The notes under the pieces are model-generated. The model saw nothing but the letters and a program-made list of their open reading frames with translations. It was not told the DNA's origin and did no database searches. From Podarcis vaucheri (lineage: Eukaryota): DNA of 64,000 bases. The translations under genes were made by a program, and so were the position numbers. This document shows, in pieces, positions 38,481 through 52,917 of the stretch (the stretch's first letter is position 1; every line of letters begins with the position of its first letter). The DNA is taken from NCBI GenBank assembly GCA_965113315.1, contig OZ220382.1. One strand, written 5' to 3'.

Positions 38481-41330
38481 TATATCTTGGTAGCTGCCAG
38501 GGCTGTTTTTTTGTTTTTTTAGGGAGAAGAAGATTGGTAATAAAATGGAAATATTTAGAGGGATAAAATAAGGATTTATGGCACAGTCTAATCTGGTTCA
38601 CAGCTATTGCTGAAGAATTCATTCAGAACGTATGGCATAGCAGAGAGCAAGATTTGTTTTCAGCTATGTGGCAGAAAGTTATTTTATATATAAAGGAGGA
38701 CAACAGTATTAATACTGGTGCCTCCAGTGAGATACGCCACTATTTGGAATTTTTAGCAACTCTTCAACTTTAAATGAGAATGTTGTACAATCTGAGGACC
38801 ACTTACTAATACCTACTTCAGTGTGTGTGGCCTGTATCTTTAAAGAGACGTGCCTAGTCTGTGATAGAAGCTCCCTCCCCTGTTTGGGTGTGGTACGCTC
38901 CATAATTTCCTGGGAACTAAGTTGGGAGTCTTAGGCTGTGAACACACCATAGCTTTAAAGCACATTCAAAGCACATAGACCTGCCCCCTCAAAAGAATTC
39001 ATGGAATTACAATTCCCAGCAACCCTTAAAAAATGACAATGCCCAGAATTAATATTTTCTTGGCAGGGGGTTGGACTCGATGGCCCTTGTGGTCTCTTCC
39101 AACTCTATGATTCTATGATTCTATGTATGCAGCCACAGCCTTGCCTGCATAAGCAAGTTTTAGCTACTATACTGAATGTATCGGCTGTTCACCGGTAAAC
39201 ACAACAGTTGAACTGATCCTGATTCCTGCTGCTTTGTGGTATTAGGCAGGGCTGGCCCAATACATTTTGGCACCTGAGATAGACCCCTCTCCACCAGGGA
39301 AGGGCAGGTGAGGGAAGTTCTACATCAAGAACAAGGGGCAAGAAAGATCCACATAGGGATATACTGCCTAAAGTGGATCCTGCTGCCTAAGGCAATTGAC
39401 TCCTCTTGCCTGGTGGACGAGCCCTGGTATTAGAGTAGACCCATTGGAAGGTTTTCTCACACAATGAGTACCCTGCCAAAACCCATGGGATACTACATGG
39501 GGTCTGAAGTGGGCCTGCACCATCACTAAAGCAGAAACATTTATCCCAGAAAAAGGACCTTTCAATGCCAATAGTTATACTTCCCAGGGACTGTGAATAC
39601 AATGACCCAAAATATATGTTTAATTTCAATTTCTGTTCAATTATATATATATTTCTTTATTACTTTATTTCCTACATGTTATTGAATTATATTATGTGTT
39701 TTTGGTTTAACAGATAAAAAGGGAGGAGCTTTCTTCTTCAAGCATCTGTGGGCTCATGTTGCTTATCATTAAAACAATGGCAATGCAAGGAGAGTATAGA
39801 TACGAGGGACAAAATAAATAAAAATAAAAAAATACACCTGAAGGTGAATTCTGATCTTATTTATTATCTTACTTACTTACTTACTTACTTACTTCATTTA
39901 TGAATCACTTCCCATGTTGCATCTCAGAGCAATTTACAGCATGGTAAAAATATGTGCAAGTACAACAGCGTACATAAAACTTTTTTTAATTAAAAAAAAA
40001 ATCTGTTCTTTGTTCGCTATGCACTGGGACACCTCTTAAGGTATCCTAACCAAATTTTGCATAATGGTTCCTGAGGTTAAGAAGCAGGTTTTCATCTGTG
40101 GATAAAACTGGGTGCCATTTTGATTCAAGATGGCACACGGAACCTTTCGATACAACACTGATTTCAACCACTGATTTCAACAGTAACAACAACAATGACT
40201 GTTACAAGTGACACGCGGGAAGACTGAGCTCTGGAACTACAACTCCCATCACCCCCGACCATTGGCCTTGTTAGCTGGGGATCATAGGGGTTGTATTCCA
40301 ACAACAACTGGAGACCCAAATACGGGCATCCACAGGAATTTTTCCAGGGTGGTGATGCTGGAGGAGGAGACTTCCAAATTAAAACTCACGCATCCCCAAA
40401 AGGCAGCAGCAGGTGAGTTACTCACAAAACAAATGAGAAGAATAGTGCCTGCACATTTTGCCTTGTATCTCAGCTTCTCCAAATGCTAGAAACATACCCT
40501 CCCTCCTTTTTAAAAATGAAAGCCGGTAATCAGGGCATTATGGTTCATCTGGGGCAGCGGGAAGCTGCTCTTCTTGCTGTGCTCCTGTGGATACCCATGG
40601 GCCCAAGATTTGTGCAGGCTGATCTAGACTAATATGGCCCCTTGTCTCCTCTTCTAGCAACTGTTTTCCAAGATCACAGGTACGGATTGTTCCAGGTGCT
40701 GATCTTTGATTTCTTTTTAGCCAGAGATGCTGTGGGAGCTGTTTATGGGGATTTCTGGATGCAAAGCATGTGCCGTGCTGTTGAACTATGCACTCTTCCA
40801 AATCATTGGTGGGAAATAGAGTACGAGACTCTTCGTGTTATCAAAGAGCAGCGTCTGTGCTGAGGTGACAGGTTATGCAGAACTTGGAATGAATATGAGC
40901 TGATTAAGGTAAGTCTCTTACTGTCTGTCTCCTTCACTGTTAAAAGGGTGAGATTGCAGCAACCACTCAGCAATTTCTGATCTTGAGGAAGGACCGGATC
41001 GTCTGCTAACCCCCTACACTGCCCTAGAAATGGTGCTTTCAGCAATATCCTTGGAGAGCCTTGACTATCCATGCAGTCCCATGAAATAAAAGTAATAGAA
41101 AATACTTGAGTACAGACTCTGAAGAACCTGGTGCTCAGATAACATGGTGGGAGGGCAGCCCCCTTACCTGTGATGTCACCTTTTCTTAAGTACTGGTCCA
41201 TTTTTGGAGATGGAGCTTGTAGATTTCATTAAGTGACCTCACCCAAACCCGCATCTGAGGGAGGGGGAAACATTGAACCACACTCTGGCTGGAACCAGTT
41301 GCCTTTTGGGCTCTACTATCCTAGAGCCAA

Positions 41331-41683
41331 GGGACGCGGTTGGCACTGTGGGTTAAACCACAGAGTCTAGGACTTGCCGATCAGAAGGTCGGCGGTTCGA
41401 ATCCCCGTGATGGGGTGAGCTCCCGTTGCTTGATCCCTGCTCCTGTGAACCTAGCAGTTCAAAAGCATGTCAAAAAAGTGCAAGTAGATAAATAGGTACC
41501 GCTCTGGCAGGAAGGTAAACGACGTTTCTGTGCACTGCTTTGGTTCGCCAGAAGCGGCTTAGTCATGCTGGCCACATGACCCAGAAGCTGTACGCCGGCT
41601 CCCTCAGCCAATAAAGCGAGATGAGTGCCGCAACCCCAGAGTCGGTTACGACTGGACCTAATGGTCAGGGGTCCCTTTACCTT
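41331..41683 (+). mobile_element. Sauria SINE, full length (subfamily A)
   Basis: 14-bp TSD tatcctagagccaa at 41317-41330 and 41684-41697. Confidence 0.93.
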
Positions 41684-42157
41684 TATCCTAGAGCCAACCC
41701 CTCACCCTAGAGTCACCCATCTAATCTCCTCTTCCTCCTCTTCCTCCTCTTGGATCATGAGCCTGTGGGCAGGGTCTGCCATGTTTGTCTTAAATCCCTG
41801 CACAGTGTCTAGAACAGCTTCTGCCAACTTAGTGCGCTCCATATGTTTTGGACCACCGCTGGGGCTGAAGGGAGTTCCAGCAGCAGAAGGGAGTTAACAG
41901 TAGCCCTTTGTGGGGTGGGGGAGGGGGAGGGTTCTTGCCACCTGCACAGGGTTTTAAATTGCAGCAGGTCCCTGCTTTGGACTCCCTCCCTCCCCAACAT
42001 GTAAATGGGTACAATGGGCAGGGCCTGCAAGAATGGTGAACTCCTTCACATGTGGGGGAAATGCCCCCCAAAGGGTTAACAACAATTCCTCATCAGAATC
42101 CAAGTACTATTACACACTTACACTGTCCTTCTTTTCCCCATAAGGCTGTGCTGTGCC

Positions 42158-42805
42158 CAGTGCCAGATTTATGTATAAGCTTAACAAGCTATAGCTTTAG
42201 GGCCCCACTCTTTTGCCCCCCCCCAAAAAAAAAATTAAAGGGGGAAAAACTGGATGTACATTTCCAAAATACAAGATAAAAAAACAAACAAAATAAAACC
42301 TACATACAGCAACAGTGGTTTGTGTTGTGTAGGTTCCTATGATGTAAGTAATGAGCCCTGCCTGCTAGCCTGCTCCCTAAAATATCCCTAAAATATTTCT
42401 ATATACAGTGGTACCTTGGTTCTCAAACTTAATCCGTTCCAGAAGTCTGTTCCAAAACCAAAGAGTTCCAAAACTAGATTAGATTATGAGTCTTTGTAAA
42501 TTGTTTTTCTAAAGGAACTTTTGTTATTGCCAAATGCCAATGTGTTTGCATTATTAAGTTTGTTATGAATAAAAAATCATTTTAAGTTAGAGCTTAATAA
42601 TTATTTCACTATTAATATATTTCTTCTTAATTGTATTACACTATTAATATACAGTGGTACCTCGGGCTAAGTACTTAATTTGTTCTGGAGGTCCGTTCTT
42701 AACCTGAAACTGTTCATAACCTGAAGCACCACTTTAGCTAATGGGGCCTCCTGCTCCATTACCTTCAGTACCTTCAGGGGCTCATCAAATCTAAATCTGG
42801 CCCTG
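42158..42805. mobile_element. hAT-like element carrying two partial mariner MITEs (about 42406-42475 and 42652-42755)
   Basis: TIR-like ends cagtgccagattta ... taaatctggccctg; internal TA|cagtggtacct half elements. Confidence 0.6.
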
Positions 42806-43608
42806 GCCCTTTTTAAATGGGTTGTACCTCTCTCCTTTCAGGAAATAAGAGGTCACCCCCCAGAAGATTTCCCATTGTCCCAAAAGATACTGAGGTGACC
42901 TGGCATTCCACAAAGAAAGGGGCATCTGCCAGATTTAAAGGGACGGGCAATTCTCTCCCTCTTGCTCTGCTTTTGGCCTGGTCGCTTGCAGATGACCCAT
43001 CTATTGAGTACTTTCCCCACTTATGCCCCACAGCAGCTGCTTGTAGCAGGTGTTTACAAGGGAGAGAGGTGACCCCATCCAGAATGCTGCAACTACCAGG
43101 CTCATAGCCAGCTTGATATGGGAGAGGCACAGTGGGAAATATGGCAAGGGGAAGGGGGGGGGGGAGGAATGAGATAATGAAGACTAGTTTGAAGCAGAAG
43201 GTGCATGTTGTTGTAGTACTTTTCATTAAAAAAAATGCTTTGAATTTGCAGAACAAAGGGGTGGGGAAGGATTGGTGTGGTGCATTTTTCTACTTATGGT
43301 GGCATCTAAATTTTGGACTAACATTTTTGAAGAAGTAGCAACTATTGTTATTTTAAATCCTTATCCAAGCCTCCCCACAACTTGTCCTTTTGAACTTGTG
43401 GGATGATCAAACAGCAACTTTCTGATCTAAGAAACCTCTTATGTGGATGGTGGCTGCAGAGAGAACTTCATTGATTCAGAAATGGAAAACACTGCAGGAC
43501 TTCAACCTCTCATTGTGGTACAAGAATATGTGGAGTCTGGATTCATGTTTTATGGTAAGAAAGACCTGTAACATTTCTGTGCTGTTTGGTGGGATTTTAT
43601 TTCTTATA

Positions 43609-44222
43609 CAGTGGTACCTCAGGTTACATACGCTTCAGGTTACAGAAGCTTCAGGTTACAGACTCCGCTAACCCAGAATTAGTACCTCGGGTTAAGAACT
43701 TTGCTTCACGATGAGAACAGAAATCGTGCTCCGGCGGCGCGGCGGCAGCAAGAGGCCCCATTAGCTAAAGTGGTGCTTCAGGTTAAGAACAGTTTCAGGT
43801 TAAGAACGGACCTCCAGAACGAATTAAGTACTTAACCCGAGGTACTAAAGGTAAAGGTACCCCTGCCCGAACGGGCCAGTCTTGACAGACTCTGGGGTTT
43901 GTGCGCCCATCTCACTCAAGAGGCCGGGGGCCAGCGCTGTCCGGAGACACTTCCGGGTCACGTGGCCAGCGTGACAAAGCCGCATCTGGCGAGCCAGCGC
44001 AGCACACGGAACGCCGTTTACCTTCCCGCTGGTAAGCGGTACCTATTTATCTACTTGCACCCGGGGGTGCTTTCGAACTGCTAGGTTGGCAGGCGCTGGG
44101 ACCGAGCAGCGGGAGCGCACCCCGCCGCGGGGATTCGAACTGCCGACCTTTCGATCGGCAAGCCCTAGGCGCTGAGGCTTTAACCCACAGCGCCACCCGC
44201 GTCCCAACCCGAGGTACTACTG
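43609..44222. mobile_element. Tc1/mariner MITE with a SINE inserted in its right TIR
   Basis: The MITE body runs 43609-43847 and the TIR is completed after the SINE at 44206-44222. Confidence 0.9.
43848..44205 (-). mobile_element. Sauria SINE, full length, young (subfamily B)
   Basis: 14-bp TSD aacccgaggtacta; CpG-rich; its 3' half differs from subfamily A and matches the 53531 copy. Confidence 0.92.
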
Positions 44223-45574
44223 TATGTCAAATTCAGATATAGAAAATTATCTTGCCCAACCAGATTGTAACATTTGGCTTTCATGATGTGTTTTCCTTTA
44301 TTTTTCTCCATTTATTTGGAAAATACAGCCTCTGTACAGCTCTTGTGCTTTGTAACTTTATTTGTTTTGTTTTGCTTATGGTTTTGATTTTATGTTAATA
44401 AAAACTTTATTTAGAAAAGAAGCATAGAAAGCCCTCTAGCTCCAAATTACTGATTCCAATTAAAGTCTAATTTTATAATGCCTCCCCTGCCACACAGGTG
44501 CTTTGCACATAGCCAAACCAGTTCCTTTGTTAAAGTAAGGCAGCCTTAAATACAAAGAACCCATCCACACCTCAGTTCAATGTGGAATATGCACCCTTTA
44601 ATCCCCCCCAATCCATGCAATGGTCACCAGAAACTGCTGCTTCCCCCAATTTCTGCCAGCAAAATCCATAGCTTGCCTACCATCAGAAAATACAAAAAGG
44701 ATTTAAAAGTGCTCCTACCAGACTTCTTTGTCTCTCTCTCTGTGTTCTTTTTTTAAATGTGGGTATTTTTTGTATTTTTTTATTTATGTGGAACAGCTTT
44801 TACAGAGGCAGGGTTTCCTGAAATGACAAATAGTGGATAATGGGGAGAATGAACATAGAGACTCCAGGCTAAAAATCACATCCAAATATATGCTTGGGTA
44901 TGGAATGTCAAGGGGGAAAATTGATTACATAAAATGTGGAATTTATGGGTAAGTGTGGATGGGCCCAAAGCTGGGGAGGGGAAAAAATATAGAAATGAAT
45001 AAAACTGCTTTTAGAGGAATGTTAAATCATCTAAGCCCTGTTCTGGAAATCAGTTGCTAGGTGGCAGCATTGCATAAACAAAGATGAGAAGAAGTGGGTT
45101 GCTGACTTTTTTGCACTGGGTGGCTCCTAGTTTCAGCTGAATTTGAGGAAGCCTGCAGCTCTGATCTGATCAGTTTGCTGCCTCAGGAAAGGGAAGATGC
45201 TCCCTGTTAGCCCTGGAATAGTTAGAATAGGGTATGGTGTGCAGCCTTAATTTTTCTAGTTGGGGCAAGTCTGCTCCCCCCTCCTTTTAGAGTATTTATC
45301 ATTATCTGTTCATGTTTCTAGTCCCTAAGCATGTGATACAGGGTTGGTGAGAGTGCCCTTGAATCCCCTAGCTTGGGAAGGCTCTTCTCTTGTCCTTCTA
45401 TGTTGTGATTTCCCCATCTTTTCCTTGCTGATTAATCTTTGGCACTTTCTTGTACTGTCAGAATGGCATTAACATGAGGGAATTGCAGGGGAACAGAAGC
45501 ACGCACATGAATAAAAAGGTGGGTGTCAGTGTGGCATGCCCGATGACATCCACTGTGGTGTCACAGTCAGCATA

Positions 45575-45814
45575 AAGGTAAAGGGATCCCTGACCATTAG
45601 GTCCAGTTACAGACGACTCTGGAGTTGCGGCACTCATCTCGCTTTATTGGCTGAGGGAGCCGGCGTACAGCTTCTGGGTCATGTGGCCAGCATGACTAAG
45701 CCGCTTCTGGCGAACCAGAGCAGTGCATGGAAATGCCGTTTACCTTCCCGCCGGAGTGGTACCTATTTATCTACTTCCACTTTGACGTGCTTTCAAACTG
45801 CTGGGTTGGCAGGA
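45575..45814 (-). mobile_element. Sauria SINE, 5'-truncated (subfamily A)
   Basis: 15-bp TSD gtcacagtcagcata at 45560-45574 and 45815-45829; tRNA head absent. Confidence 0.92.
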
Positions 45815-45974
45815 GTCACAGTCAGCATAGCATGGCAGTATAATCCCCATGTCTGAATGTACCCTTGGTCATGTCAGAGAGTCTTGCATGGACAGGACTC
45901 CTGATTGGCTATGACTCCCATATAAACTTTCGCAGAGAAGAAAACATCTCTGTAAAAATTGGGTTGTAGCCAAT

Positions 45975-46070
45975 ATTTGTCATACTCAGAGTAGACCCAT
46001 TGAAATTAATGGACATGACCAGCTCAGGTCCATTAATTTCAGTGGGTCTTTTCTCCGTGGAACTTACTTG
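45975..46070. mobile_element. Short palindromic MITE (second copy at about 51635-51725)
   Basis: Hairpin agacccattgaaattaatggac ... gtccattaatttcagtgggtct. Confidence 0.65.
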
Positions 46071-48411
46071 AATGGAACTCATTGCTTTCTCCATTGCAGC
46101 CCATGAAAGATTCTGGATTAACTCCCCATATTACCCTGCTGCATCATCATTCTGGGATGTTGCAGGCAATTTAAAACTGTCAGGTGCTGTGGGGACTTAT
46201 TTGGTTCTCTGAAGGAATTGAGAAAATTGGGGTGGGGGGATGGGTGAGCCTCTCTTGTTTAGGTTGGTTAATGCTGGAGGAAGGATGGGAAGTTCCATTT
46301 GGGACAAGAATTGGGGATGGGATGGAATTTGTTTGGTCTGCTTTCTGAAGTGGTCCAACTCAATTTAAAAGCCCTGAACTTGCTAGTAGATAGAAATGCA
46401 ACTTCTAATCAGATCATGCACTTCTCTTGATTTTTCAATGAGGTTCTGGTGTGCAAAAATAAACATTTTATGGTGAAAATGCATATTTGACAAAAAGGTA
46501 CATTGAACCCCCAGTTTATTCCTCATTGGCCAATCAACTGATCTGCATACACAGAAAATAAAACCAAAGCAAAATGGCTCTCTGGGAAATACATCAAGGC
46601 AAACTATATTAGGATTAAAACTTGTATCATTGGCATACCATCATCTAAGGAACTTTAGCTTCCCTAAAGCTAATGTAAGAAACTTAACGGTCCTATATGT
46701 CACATAGCAGCAGAACAATTTTAGATGATTATATATGCTAATAATTGTCAATGAATGATTGCAATGGTATAATTTTGTAAACATATGTTAGTGTATTGAA
46801 AAAAATACATATTTGGGGGGATTGAGTGCAAAAATTGCATATAATACATGCAATTTATATGAGAACTCATTATGCATTTTCTCAAAAAAACTGCAGAAAA
46901 TGAGATGAAATGGACTGATGACTGAGTGCTAGATAGAATAAAATGGGACAGCCTTAGGCTGCTCTGTCTAACCCTAACTAGGGATCAACAAAGTGATCTC
47001 TACGGCCAACTCCCAGGCTGTTTTCATCCATTAGTGTTAGTATTTTAAAATGTTGCCTTTTTTATTCTTTTCTTTTCTTTGTTTCTACTTTTTTTTGCTG
47101 ACTCTCAGCATGTAAGTTCTTCTGTTTGCTTTCATAGCCATATCTTCAGAAACAAAAGAAAACAAAATTTCAAACCCCCACGTATCTAGACCTTTTCCCT
47201 TTCCTCCCCCCCCCCTTTTGCTGCCTTATTTTGTCATTCCCCCAAGAAGCATAAATGCAGATACACAATCCTGAGTAAGTCCAATTATGCTTCATTTTTT
47301 CCGGCAAAAAGCAACTGAACATCAACATGGGAGAGCCAAATTAAATATGTACTTTTGTTTAGTGTAAGAGGAGCTGATGTTCTGGAATGTACAAGAGTGT
47401 TTCGGAAAGGAACAGCAGTTCTCAACATGCAGCCCTGCTGGCCAAAACCTCTGTTGTTTCTGTCTGAAATGCCCTTGTAAAGTCAGGCTTTTTAATTTGG
47501 TGTTTCTTTTCTTTATTCTTTATTCTTATTAGCCAGGAATTCCTAAAATGAAGCAAGGTGCAAAAAGGAATAATGTTCAGTGTTGTGACATAAAGATGCC
47601 CTGACTGTCAGGGAAATAGTTCAAGGTGATGTGAATAGGTGATGTGCAACTAAATAGATCCATTAGTACAAAGATTTCCACAGGTGCAGTTGAACTTCCC
47701 CTTCCTCTCCACTGGGAGACCCTGGAGAACTGCTGCCAGTCAAAGTGAACAGCACTAGGCTAGATGAGCAAATAGTCTGACATAGAAACATAGACTTATA
47801 GAGTTGGAAGGGACCACGAGGGTCATCTAGTCCAACCCCCTAATGTATAAGGCATTGCTTTGCCTTTCCATTTTTCTTGTTAGCAGAGGTTTCATTCATT
47901 AAAATTATGCTGCAAGGGATTGTGAACATACCTGCTTATTCACTAATCTGCCCGTTTCACAAGGGTTCTTCTACTTCCTGCTTTTACCCCTGCTGCCAAC
48001 CTCAGTGAAGTTAGCACTATAAAAAGGGATGTACCTGCCCTACTGCCCTACGTGCAATTAGATAGACACATGAAACCATGTTCAAAAAGTGCAAATGCCA
48101 AACTATTGAGACACTGGAGGAGAAAGAAGCTCTTGTTTTGCGTAGCAAGCCGCAAATCAGCAAGAAACAATATGCTAGAAAACAAAATGCTAAGCATTTA
48201 AGCAGTGCATTTGAACAGCACATTTAATACAAACCAACAATACATATTTCTGTCCTGAAGCAAGCACTGAAAAAAACAGCAATGTAATGTTTCAGTATGT
48301 TTTGGTTTGAACTGGGGAGGGGGGAGAATGGTGGTGGAGGGTGCCTATTGTCTAGCAGCTGTGACACCAAGAACACATTACCTCCTAATCCCTGGGACAG
48401 TTTTGTAACTG

Positions 48412-48413
<2 letters not shown>

Positions 48414-48448
<35 letters not shown>
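48414..48448. repeat. (GT)n microsatellite
   Basis: Visible directly. Confidence 0.95.
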
Positions 48449-48452
<4 letters not shown>

Positions 48453-49977
48453 CACTACATGCATATATGCTGCTTATCATTTTTTTTTTCTAGGGTGGAC
48501 ATGCCTGAAATAAGAATGGTGCAAGATGGTTGGCTGAACCAGACTTGACAGCATAAATATGTGGACAAGGCAAGCTGTGAAGCTGGGATAGCACCACAGG
48601 TGGAAGAGTTACTCTACCCACTGTTAAAATCTCTCTTCCCAGAAAAATGAGATAGCCACCACTGGATGTGTGAAGTTTTTTCCATTGCATAAAAATGAGC
48701 ACGGCATGAAAGGAATGTAGATGTTTAGATAAACATCTGTGCCACTGGAGGATCTCACATCTCTCCCAATTTTGTGTTTAGACAAAACAAATCTGATCTT
48801 CCTATCCCTCCTTTTCGGAATCTACTCTTTGAAACTAACTGGAAATAATGGCAAATGCTGCATTGAATAAATGTGTAGAAATGCAGGAGCAGAGAAATAG
48901 TGAAAATGGCATTTTCTGGGTGCAAGCCATGGAGCTCTGCTTCTTTGCAAATACCATTAAATGAATGTGGGGCAGAGCAGGGGAAAGAAGGGCTTTCATT
49001 TTGGTGCACTGCATTTTCTCAATGTCTTCTGTCTCTCTCTCTCTGTGTGTGTGTGCCTGTGTGTGTGCGTACGTGCACACTTGTGTGTGTCTTCCAGTTA
49101 TCCAGAAGCAAAATACACACCCCATAAATACAGAATATAAAATGCACCTTTGAAATTCCATTTTTGGTTGCCCTAGTCTTGTGGTCTATGTGTGCAATTC
49201 ATTCCAGCCAGGCAACTACAGCTGAAGTCATAACTTCACTTAACCTCCACTTATCTAGGGAGGGAGCCCCATTTTATCCAACAAGACCAATTTCTGAGTA
49301 GACATTTCAAGGTCTAATATTAGGTGTCTAAGGTGTTCTGCTTGTTTGTTTTTTAAGTAAGAAGAGCTCTCATCAATGAGTTTCTTCTAGTAATGTAGTG
49401 GTAGCTCAGCGAGGCAATGCTTTGGGGGAATGAAAAGTTCTTAGATTTCAAACTATATCCATTACTACCTATATGTGGTCTATTAAATATGTTAAACAAT
49501 TTCTGTCTTCCCAGTCTGCGTGAAAGAGGTTGAGAACGTGGATATATAGGTAGGAATTCAACATTGTGCTAGTCTGACCATTCCATCCACAAATGCGTTT
49601 ATGCTTGCTAAGCAGAATAATCCCTTCCCTTCACTGCTCTGGGGATACTCCTGACCACCCTGAGCAGATGGGTGTGGAGTTGGGGAAAGCCCCATTGTGC
49701 TAGTGGGAGCCTTCGTGCTGGCTTCTGCTAGTGTGCTGGGTTAATTCGAGTCATAACCCTCAACACGTAAAAGGACCATATCCTGCATCAAACCATTAGT
49801 CCATGTAGTCCAGTACAGTATTACTGAACATAGCTCCAGGTCCTTCTGTGTTTTGTTACCTGAGATCCCACTGGGTGCAGGCAAGGACTGAACTTGGACC
49901 TTTCTGTATGCAAAATATATGCTCTTCCACTGACCTGTGCTCCTGTTTTATGCAAGTATGAAGTCGCTATTTATATA

Positions 49978-50204
49978 CAGTCAACTCTCCATTTACGTGG
50001 GGTTTACATTCCAAGGCACCACATATCTAAGTGAAATCACGTATATTTCAAACACCACTGTGAAAGCATCCAAAGACCCTGTCCCGTTCTGCCCCCTTTG
50101 AATGACATTTCTATGACATTTTCAGGTCACTTCCAGGTTCAGCGCAGTGTGTGTGTGCATGGTCAAATACCTATTGATCACATGTAAATGGTAGGGGTTG
50201 CCTG
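49978..50204. mobile_element. Old Tigger/pogo-like MITE
   Basis: Ends TA|cagtcaactctccatttac ... gtaaatggtaggggttgcctg|TA. Confidence 0.65.
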
Positions 50205-51071
50205 TATGATGAAGCTATCTCATAATATTGCACTTGTAGTAAAGGCTGCACCCCTATGTACATATATATCTGGGAGAACTCCCACTGAAAGCGGGGCTTA
50301 CTTCTGAGTAAACATGCATAGGATTGCACTGTAGAGAGTCTGTCCAGAGGCACTGTCCAATTGACTTCAATTGGAGTTGCTTCCAGCAGGTATTAAGGGT
50401 GGTTAACCTGTGGTTATTGGTCCACAATTCACATCAACCTCAGCCAGCACCATGGCCATTGGTCAGTTGGAGTTGGAAGATGGAGTCCAAAATGTAGAAG
50501 ACCAAAGTTTCCTGGCACCATGTTTATAGGATTGCAGCCTTATCAACCCAGTCCTAACCTTGGACTCAGCTATACAACTGCAAATGAAACGCTTTAAAGT
50601 GTGTTTTAAATGCAATATACAAAGTGGCACTAGATGGCGATGGTGAGCCTTATGGAAAATTCAATGTATTTTTTAAAAAGCATTTTCAGAACGGTTTTTA
50701 TATGTGTGTGGATTCCACCCTTGTCTAAGTAAGTTCCAGTGAATTCAGTGGGTTCACACTCAGGTAAATGGGGTTAGGATTGCAGCCTTGGTTTCTTAAT
50801 TGTAACATCTTCTGTACTGCTCTTGATTAGGGATAGGTGGATCTGTCAATTTTGTTTCCTCTCAGTTTCTCGTTTTTCTAATCTTAAATTGTGTTCTCCA
50901 CATTGCCATATCAGTTTGAAAGTTCATTTCCTTTTTCAAAGTCTACATAAAAACCCACCAGCATTTTAGTCCTTTGCATTTTTGCAAAGCGATTTCCTCT
51001 ACGATAATGCGTTTTTCTTACTTTCACCAATTTATGATTATTATTTTTTTGGTGCACATTGTACCCTAGTA

Positions 51072-51312
51072 CAGTGGTACCTCAGGTTAGGTACTTAATT
51101 CATTCGGAGGTCCGTTCTTAACCTGAAACTGTTCTTAACCTGAAGCACCACTTTAGCTAATGGGGCCTCCCGCTGCTGCTGTGCCGCTGGGGCACGGTTT
51201 CTATTCTCATCCCGAAGCAAAGTTCTTAACCCGAGGTACTATTTCTGGGTTAGCGGAGTCTGTAACCTGAAGCGTATGTAACCTGAAGCGTATATAACTC
51301 GAGGTACCACTG
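51072..51312. mobile_element. Tc1/mariner MITE nested in an older repeat
   Basis: TA TSD and cagtggtacctc TIRs. Confidence 0.9.
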
Positions 51313-52917
51313 TATATGCATTTCTGTTGACATTATTTGACTGCACAACTTAATTGTATAACTTGGGAAAATTCTGAAGGATGACTGTGTTTGGTTTATA
51401 TCATGTTTTGGAATGTGCGAATCAGGTAGGCTTCCCATCATAGAAACTAAATTGCATTTAGTTCCCCCATCCCACTTGATACGTTAGCTCTTGTCACCTT
51501 CCAGTAATGTTGCATTTGGCAGGAAGATAAAGCCCACTTTTGCATCTACTTACTGGGGCTGGAGAAAGATGATGGTGAGAAAATGACGAGAGAGGCTTCA
51601 CTTCCCATTATAAATGCCAAGAGAGATACCCAATTGCAGTCATACTCAGAGTAGACCCACTGAAAGTAATGGATCTAAGTTAGCGATGACCATTAATTTC
51701 AATGGGTCTACTATGAGTAGAGCTAACATTGGATATTTTCCATTTATTTCATTTGCCTTGCCCAATCACTGCTTCTAGTCAGTGAAAATGGATTTTTTTA
51801 AAAAATAAAAAAAGCCCTTCTAATTTAGTAGAGGCTAAAATGGGATGAGGAGGACATGTCGGGAGCAATCCTGAACTCAGCTCTCTGCAGAAACTATTGT
51901 TGGTCTCCAGCACATACTGCAAAAAGGGAATGGAAAGTTTTACTCTTCTGTTTTGGTACAGAGCAACCTGATCTGCACAGGCTTGGCTATTTTTGTTCTC
52001 CTTTGTTTACATTCTCAGTGCCTTTTCCTTTTTTTAAAAAAAGTCATGCAGGCACTTATCCTCACATTTACCCTGATCATAATGAATACATCATAGCCAA
52101 GCACATCCAAAGGTACATAAATGGTGAGAATCATTGCTGCATTATTTGAGCTGACATCCCCTATACAGACCCTAGAAAACTAGCTAGGTCAAATATGTCC
52201 CTATGGATCTGGTTTATCAGCAGAAAGACCACTACATCTTCTCCTGCCCATTCCCTTCCCCCTGCAAGCACTTTGGTGTGAATTTCTGACTACATTGTAT
52301 GTTCCACACTGACGCCAGCACTCCTTCAGTGGAAGCCCTCTGAGCCGTCCTAATATAGCTGCAGAAGCAAAGCTATTTATTCTAGCCAAGGTGGTTAATC
52401 TCTGACACTGTGGATATTTAAGTTTTGTTATCTATGTTGGGAGGGAGCTCCTAACTTCCAGTCTTGAACTGAAGGGAGATGTGTGTTAATATCTCCAAAC
52501 AATTTATGGAAATATAAATCCAAAATACGTTGCTTTACCAAATCCAAAGTTTGCTTTTTGCCTTGCTTTAGCTAAAATTCTATTGAGAAATCCTGTTGTA
52601 GCTATCAACGTATGGACTAATTTAACCCAGCCACTATCTGGAATGCTAATGAGTGCTAACCTGGAAAGTTTCTGGCACTCCCCATAAGGCAACTTGATCC
52701 AATAAGTTGTTGTTGTTATCAGTTCTATACCGATATAAACACATATATCCAGAACTAAACATTACAAAAGAAAGTTTAAAAAGGTATACATTCTAAATAA
52801 TTAACAGGAAACTAAAATACTATCTTAAAGATTTCAAAATAAAACATTAAAAAGGTCACTACAGAATGCACATTTAACACAGCAAAGTTAAAAACAGAAA
52901 ACAGAGCAGGGACCACC

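Noticed and set aside
40875-40915. Possible micro-exon ending in AG|GTAAGT
   Set aside because: Weak acceptor, no partner exons and no recognisable peptide.
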